Of a stretch of DNA of 30,768 nucleotides, positions 27,018 through 30,768 are shown one piece after another; positions within the stretch are counted from its first letter, which is position 1, and each line of letters starts with the position of its first letter. The DNA comes from a virus (lineage: Duplodnaviria; Caudoviricetes). Where the stretch lies: positions 1 through 30,768 of the IMG/VR virus record IMGVR_UViG_3300027672_000050; one strand, written 5' to 3'. The translations under genes and the position numbers were made by a program. The notes under the pieces were generated by a model. That model made no database searches, had not been told where the DNA came from, and saw only the letters and a program-made list of their open reading frames with translations.

Positions 27018-27383
27018 TTAAGCTGTAAAAGCAGCGCTAGTGAAAGTAACGTTTACTTGAGGCGTTGTAATCACTTGTCTCCCTGAACCAGTTTGTCCTA
27101 AAGGAATTTGCGCAACACTTACAGGTGACCCTACTGTTGATACTACTCCACCTGGATTAGCAGTTATTGCAGCTTGGATAGCGTTTAACACGTCGTTAGC
27201 AACTAAAGGTGCTAAGTGTGTTACTCTCCATTTTTTCGTAGCAGTTAAATTGTTATCAAAAAAGATATCAGTTGTAGTTGTGCTACCTGTTGCAATTCTT
27301 GTAATTTGGTCGATGTTAATCAACAATTCTGAACCTGTTGTTGCTCCTGGAGCAGTTAGGTTAAATTTAATGTACTTTGCCAT
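27018..27383 (-). CDS. Hypothetical protein, possibly an abundant virion protein (121 aa, MAKYIKF...)
   Basis: ATG at 27383 (AAAAATG context) is preferred over 27425, whose extension is only the translated hexamer repeat. The gene has its own terminator. Confidence 0.65.
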   Translation of the reverse strand: MAKYIKFNLTAPGATTGSELLINIDQITRIATGSTTTTDIFFDNNLTATKKWRVTHLAPLVANDVLNAIQAAITANPGGVVSTVGSPVSVAQIPLGQTGSGRQVITTPQVNVTFTSAAFTA

Positions 27384-27387
27384 TTTT

Positions 27388-27418
27388 GTTAGTGTTAGTG
27401 TTAAGTTAGTGTTAGTGT
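27388..27418 (-). repeat. Tandem hexamer repeat (ACTAAC)n in a 5' leader
   Basis: Plus strand gttagt gttagt gtta a gttagt gttagt gt, ending 4 nt before the ATG at 27383. Confidence 0.85.
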
Positions 27419-27462
27419 GTGGCATTTTTGAGTTTTATAACAGATCTCTACTGTTTAATTAT

Positions 27463-27756
27463 TTACATTCTACTCTTAGAGTGCTTAGACATAAAAGAAC
27501 CACCAGCTCGTGAATCAATTGGATTGTCACTTAGTAAGTTTTTCTTTTCTTGTTTATTAGATTCATAACCTTTGTTTTGATTATACAAAGGAGATTTTTT
27601 CATCATAATACCTGATTCTCCAGCTGCTACTTCTAGTTCTTTTTTCTTTTCGTATTTAGCTGCTTTTTTATCCCCGCTTTTATAGTCAGCGATAGCGTTT
27701 CTAGCGTAGTCTTGTTCTACTTTTTGTTTTGATTTTTTTAAAGGTGATTTTTTCAT
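27463..27756 (-). CDS. Lys-rich small protein with two MKKSPL motifs (97 aa)
   Basis: MKKSPLKK at the start and MMKKSPLYN internally; A-rich leader. Confidence 0.6.
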   Translation of the reverse strand: MKKSPLKKSKQKVEQDYARNAIADYKSGDKKAAKYEKKKELEVAAGESGIMMKKSPLYNQNKGYESNKQEKKNLLSDNPIDSRAGGSFMSKHSKSRM

Positions 27757-27779
27757 TTTTATTTATATTTATTTATTAT

Positions 27780-28061
27780 TTAACATTTCCATCTTCTACG
27801 TGCTGCTAATCCTCTTTCACCTTTCCACCCTTTGGATCTAGCACAAAAAGACTTTCTTCTTTTAGCATCTTTACTACCTGGTTTAACATCACCAGTTACA
27901 GCTGTTTTAAGTTTACTACCTGGGTTTTCTTTTTTATATTTTTTAACACCAGCAGCTGTCATACCTGCTCCTTCTTTAGTAGATAAAAAGTTTCTACCTT
28001 TTCCTTTAGTTGTTTTACGAACTCTTAAGAAAGGTGATGAGTCTGGTTGAGTGTAAGGCAT
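27780..28061 (-). CDS. Very basic phage protein, DUF6321-like (93 aa)
   Basis: GMTAAGVKKY...PGSKLKTAV...KRRKSFCARS...ARRRWKC pattern recalled from a widespread phage family; the family name was not checked by search. Confidence 0.6.
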   Translation of the reverse strand: MPYTQPDSSPFLRVRKTTKGKGRNFLSTKEGAGMTAAGVKKYKKENPGSKLKTAVTGDVKPGSKDAKRRKSFCARSKGWKGERGLAARRRWKC

Positions 28062-28062
28062 T

Positions 28063-28221
28063 TTATTTTTTTTTGCTATTAAACCATCTATCTAACGTGT
28101 AGCCTATACTAACTAAAAGTAAAACAATTTTTAAACCTAATTCTATAGTAGAAAAAGTAGCAACGCTTAATGTCATTGCATTGAAAAACCATATTTTTAA
28201 ATCTTGCATATTGCCTAACAT
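28063..28221 (-). CDS. Small membrane protein (52 aa), possible second holin or antiholin; not in the ORF track
   Basis: MLGNMQDLKIWFFNAMTLSVATFSTIELGLKIVLLLVSIGYTLDRWFNSKKK fills the gap with 1 nt spacing to both neighbours. In-frame ATGs at 28221 and 28209. Confidence 0.7.
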   Translation of the reverse strand: MLGNMQDLKIWFFNAMTLSVATFSTIELGLKIVLLLVSIGYTLDRWFNSKKK

Positions 28222-28222
28222 T

Positions 28223-28408
28223 TTATAGACCTTGAGCTATTTTAGTAATAGGTAGTCCTTTTGACTTCCCACAACCACAAGGCGCTTTAGATACTTGCAT
28301 GCCATTTATACCTGAACTAGATCCTTTACCCATTGGAAAACCTGTAACGTCTAGTGGTCCATCCCATATTGCATTTTCACCAACTTGACCTTTTGCTTTA
28401 TCTTTCAT
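28223..28408 (-). CDS. Small Gly/Lys-rich protein (61 aa)
   Basis: Tightly packed on the coding strand; GENAIWDGPL and PCGCG motifs. Confidence 0.6.
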   Translation of the reverse strand: MKDKAKGQVGENAIWDGPLDVTGFPMGKGSSSGINGMQVSKAPCGCGKSKGLPITKIAQGL

Positions 28409-28414
28409 AATAAT

Positions 28415-28681
28415 TTATTTTTTAAATTGTTTAAAATCTTCCTTTTGAACTCCAGGTTCACCATTATACATTGGATCTAATTTGTAAAAAGGAGGATTAG
28501 CTAATGACGCTTGTCTTTGTGTCTCGTTTCCAAACATAGAATTAGCAGATGCTTGTACGCTGTCATTGAATAAAGGCTTAGCTGTACCTAATTGATTACT
28601 AGCTTTAGGCGGTGTCAGTGTGTACTGAGGTTCTTGATCAACCATTTCGTTATTTGGTTGTGGAGTATTTTGATTTATCAT
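28415..28681 (-). CDS. Hypothetical Pro/Gln/Asn-rich protein (88 aa)
   Basis: Starts 1 nt after the upstream stop; looks disordered. Confidence 0.55.
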   Translation of the reverse strand: MINQNTPQPNNEMVDQEPQYTLTPPKASNQLGTAKPLFNDSVQASANSMFGNETQRQASLANPPFYKLDPMYNGEPGVQKEDFKQFKK

Positions 28682-28682
28682 A

Positions 28683-29129
28683 TTATCTATTTTTATCTTT
28701 GTTTACGTAACTTATAGCTTTAGTTAAAACCTTATCTGTGTAAGACTCACCTTTAACTAACTTGTTGCTTCTACCATTCATTGAAATATCTTCTTCGCCT
28801 AGCATTATCTTATACATTTTGTTTATAAGATGCTTGCATTTAAAAGACACTTTGTATATGTGGTATTTTTGAGTTGTATGATTTCTTTTTCTCCAAACAA
28901 CTATCCAACCTTCTTTAAGAAGCCTGTTCCATCTTCTATTATCCCAGCTATAAGAATAAGTACCTTCTATAAAATCGTTTTTAGTAAAATACTCTATGCA
29001 ATCAAAGTAAATTAATAGTTCTAAATCAGAATCATTTAAGTCATTGTTTTTACAAGCCCATTTACGTATTATGCGATAATGTTTTAACAAGTTCATATCT
29101 TTTATATCCCTTGCCTCTAGCCTTCTCAT
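28683..29129 (-). CDS. Putative winged-helix (MarR-like) DNA-binding protein (148 aa)
   Basis: NDLNDSDLELLIYF...FTKNDF...RWNRLLKEGWIVVWR...YHIYKVSFKCKHLI fits a winged-helix pattern. ATGA overlap with groES. Confidence 0.5.
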   Translation of the reverse strand: MRRLEARDIKDMNLLKHYRIIRKWACKNNDLNDSDLELLIYFDCIEYFTKNDFIEGTYSYSWDNRRWNRLLKEGWIVVWRKRNHTTQKYHIYKVSFKCKHLINKMYKIMLGEEDISMNGRSNKLVKGESYTDKVLTKAISYVNKDKNR

Positions 29130-29392
29130 AAAACAACAACTATATCTTGTAACTTTATAACGTGGTAAATATCTTTTTCAAATTCTATTTTATGACCAGC
29201 ATGTCTATCAAAGTATATTTCACTACCTTCTTTCAACCCTGCAGCCTCTGCCTCTTCACCAACCGAAACTACAGTTGCTTTAGTGTACCTAATATCTTCT
29301 CTCTGGTTCTGAGCAAGAAGTAAACCACCCTTTGTCTTGGTGGTCCCTTCTTTTTCTTTGTTTATAATTATATTTCTACCTATCGCTTTCAT
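29126..29392 (-). CDS. groES: Co-chaperonin GroES (88 aa)
   Basis: MKAIGRNIII, mobile loop TKTKGGLLL, ATVVSVG, LKEGSEIYF and YHVIKLQDIVVVL. Confidence 0.9.
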   Translation of the reverse strand: MKAIGRNIIINKEKEGTTKTKGGLLLAQNQREDIRYTKATVVSVGEEAEAAGLKEGSEIYFDRHAGHKIEFEKDIYHVIKLQDIVVVL

Positions 29393-30768
29393 CTATTCTC
29401 AAGTTGTTTATTACACAATCTGTTGACAAAATAGTAGTAGCTACTGAAGCCGCATTTCTTAGCGCACTCTTCGTAACTAGCAAAGGATCTATAATACCAG
29501 CTTTAATCATATTAATAGTTTTACCATTAACTACATTTAAGCCGACTCCTTTAGTTTTAGGTGATTCGTAACCTTTTATACCAGCATTATCTAATATTGT
29601 CTTAAAAGGTGCTCTAATGGCCTCTAGAAGAACACTCTCGCCCTCTGACTTACTTGTTATTCTATCAGAAGCATTTAGTAGTGCAATTCCACCACCTGGA
29701 ACAATACCTTCTTTAATAGCCGCTTTGGTAGCGCAGATAGCGTCTTCAACTCTATCAGTTTTTTCTTTTAATTCAATTGCAGAATTAGCACCTATTTTAA
29801 CTATAGCTATTTTAGCTGATAGCATTGCTAATCTTCTCTCAAGTTGAATTATCTCGTGTGATTGACTTGATTCTGTTAATTTAGTTTTAATATCTTCTAT
29901 AATATCTTTAACTTCATCACTAGAGTCTTTTACTTGTAAAACTGTCTCGCTGTGAGATGTAACACTTTTCAAACATGTTCCTAAGTGTTCTATCTGGATC
30001 ATATCCATATCGTCACCTAAGTCTTCGTTTATAATTGTAGCGCCTGTTAGCAAAGCTAGATCATCTAAAACTTCTTTCTTGCTAATGCCATAAGTAGGTG
30101 CATCTACAACGTTTACTTTTATGTTACCCTTATTCTTGTTCATAGCTAAAGCCGATAAAACACCTTGATCTAAATCGCCTATAATAAGCAAAGGTTTATT
30201 GTTTTTTATTACGTACTCTAGCACTGATTGTATTTGTCTAATTGTATCTATTGGAGATTCTACTAGCAAGACTAATGGATTATCTAATTCAGCTGTTTTT
30301 AGCTGTTGATTAGTAATGAAATGCGAGTTAGTTACTCCTTTATCGTATTGCACACCGTCTACAACTTCTACTTCTGTTTTCCCATCTGCTGATGTCTCCA
30401 TCATTACCACACCTGTATTATTAACAGCTCTAAAAGCGTTTGCTATTATTTTACCAAGCTCTGGATCGTTGTTAGTTGATATAGTAGCTATCTGGTCTAT
30501 CATGTTACCTTCAACGCTTACTGATATTGATTTTAAATATTTAACAACTTTTTCCGTAGCAGAGTTTATGCCATTTTTTAATTCTCTAGAATTTTGTTTA
30601 CCTATAACCTTATAAGCTTCTTGCAATATAGCGTGAGCTAACACTGTTGCAGTTGTGGTACCATCACCAGCTTCTCTAACTGTTTTTCTAGCAGCTTCTT
30701 TAAGTAGAGTTGCACCCATGTTTTCTACAGGGTCTCTAAGTATTATTGAATCAGCTACAGTTACACCA
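29376..30768 (-). CDS. groEL: Chaperonin GroEL, 5' end outside the window
   Basis: The frame stays open upstream of the track start (GVTVADSIILRDPVENMGA...). Contains AGDGTTTATVLA, DRVEDAICATKAAIKEGIVPGGG and GIIDPLLVTKSALRNAASVA. No GGM tail. Confidence 0.97.
   Translation of the reverse strand, partial: GVTVADSIILRDPVENMGATLLKEAARKTVREAGDGTTTATVLAHAILQEAYKVIGKQNSRELKNGINSATEKVVKYLKSISVSVEGNMIDQIATISTNNDPELGKIIANAFRAVNNTGVVMMETSADGKTEVEVVDGVQYDKGVTNSHFITNQQLKTAELDNPLVLLVESPIDTIRQIQSVLEYVIKNNKPLLIIGDLDQGVLSALAMNKNKGNIKVNVVDAPTYGISKKEVLDDLALLTGATIINEDLGDDMDMIQIEHLGTCLKSVTSHSETVLQVKDSSDEVKDIIEDIKTKLTESSQSHEIIQLERRLAMLSAKIAIVKIGANSAIELKEKTDRVEDAICATKAAIKEGIVPGGGIALLNASDRITSKSEGESVLLEAIRAPFKTILDNAGIKGYESPKTKGVGLNVVNGKTINMIKAGIIDPLLVTKSALRNAASVATTILSTDCVINNLRIDESDR

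Noticed and set aside
27388-27418. CRISPR array or replication iterons
   Set aside because: The units are 6 nt with no spacers and span only about 31 nt.
27430-27455. preQ1-I riboswitch
   Set aside because: The loop is too short, lacks the conserved ligand-binding residues, and no queuosine-related gene follows. Kept only as a generic structure candidate.
928-30615. All plus-strand ORFs in the track (e.g. 928-1335, 2416-2751, 17287-17667, 22983-23357, 30316-30615)
   Set aside because: They lie antisense to long, well-supported minus-strand genes and have the Ser/Leu/Phe-rich composition of shadow frames, with no recognisable motifs.
1-30768. Stop-codon reassignment (TAG or TGA), as in some Crassvirales
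   Set aside because: Genes are full length under the standard code, and TAG and TGA each end genes at sensible positions (groEL, groES).

Overview
A gene-dense, AT-rich segment of a tailed dsDNA phage genome, with every credible gene on the minus strand. Gene content and order point to a podovirus-like, Crassvirales-related marine phage of Bacteroidota/Flavobacteriaceae. This is inferred from motifs, gene order and A-rich leaders lacking Shine-Dalgarno sites; no database search was run. In transcription order (right to left): groEL (cut by the window edge), groES, a winged-helix protein, a cluster of small basic proteins with an HExxH peptidase and a small membrane protein, a 3-TM holin, accessory structural genes including a BspA/DUF285-like LRR protein, a tandem GroES-fold protein, a putative TerS, TerL, portal, scaffold, major capsid protein, two tail ring proteins, a tail nozzle/stabilisation protein split over two ORFs, two putative ejection proteins, and a giant (>1221 aa) protein running off the left edge that is missing from the ORF track. 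The main highlights are: (1) two apparent overprinted +1-frame genes, a 45-aa 'MPFK...' gene inside the scaffold gene and a 175-200 aa membrane-anchored ORF inside terL; (2) a sigma70/ECF region-2-like domain and a zincin protease domain inside the giant ejection protein; (3) a shared M-[AP]-[FY]-K / S-P-[LFM] motif on several small proteins, a candidate capsid-targeting or cleavage signal; (4) one GroEL with two different GroES-type partners; (5) a ~70-aa beta module inserted about eight times, twice nested inside itself, in the tail nozzle genes. No tRNA, rRNA, CRISPR array, integrase or endolysin was recognised.
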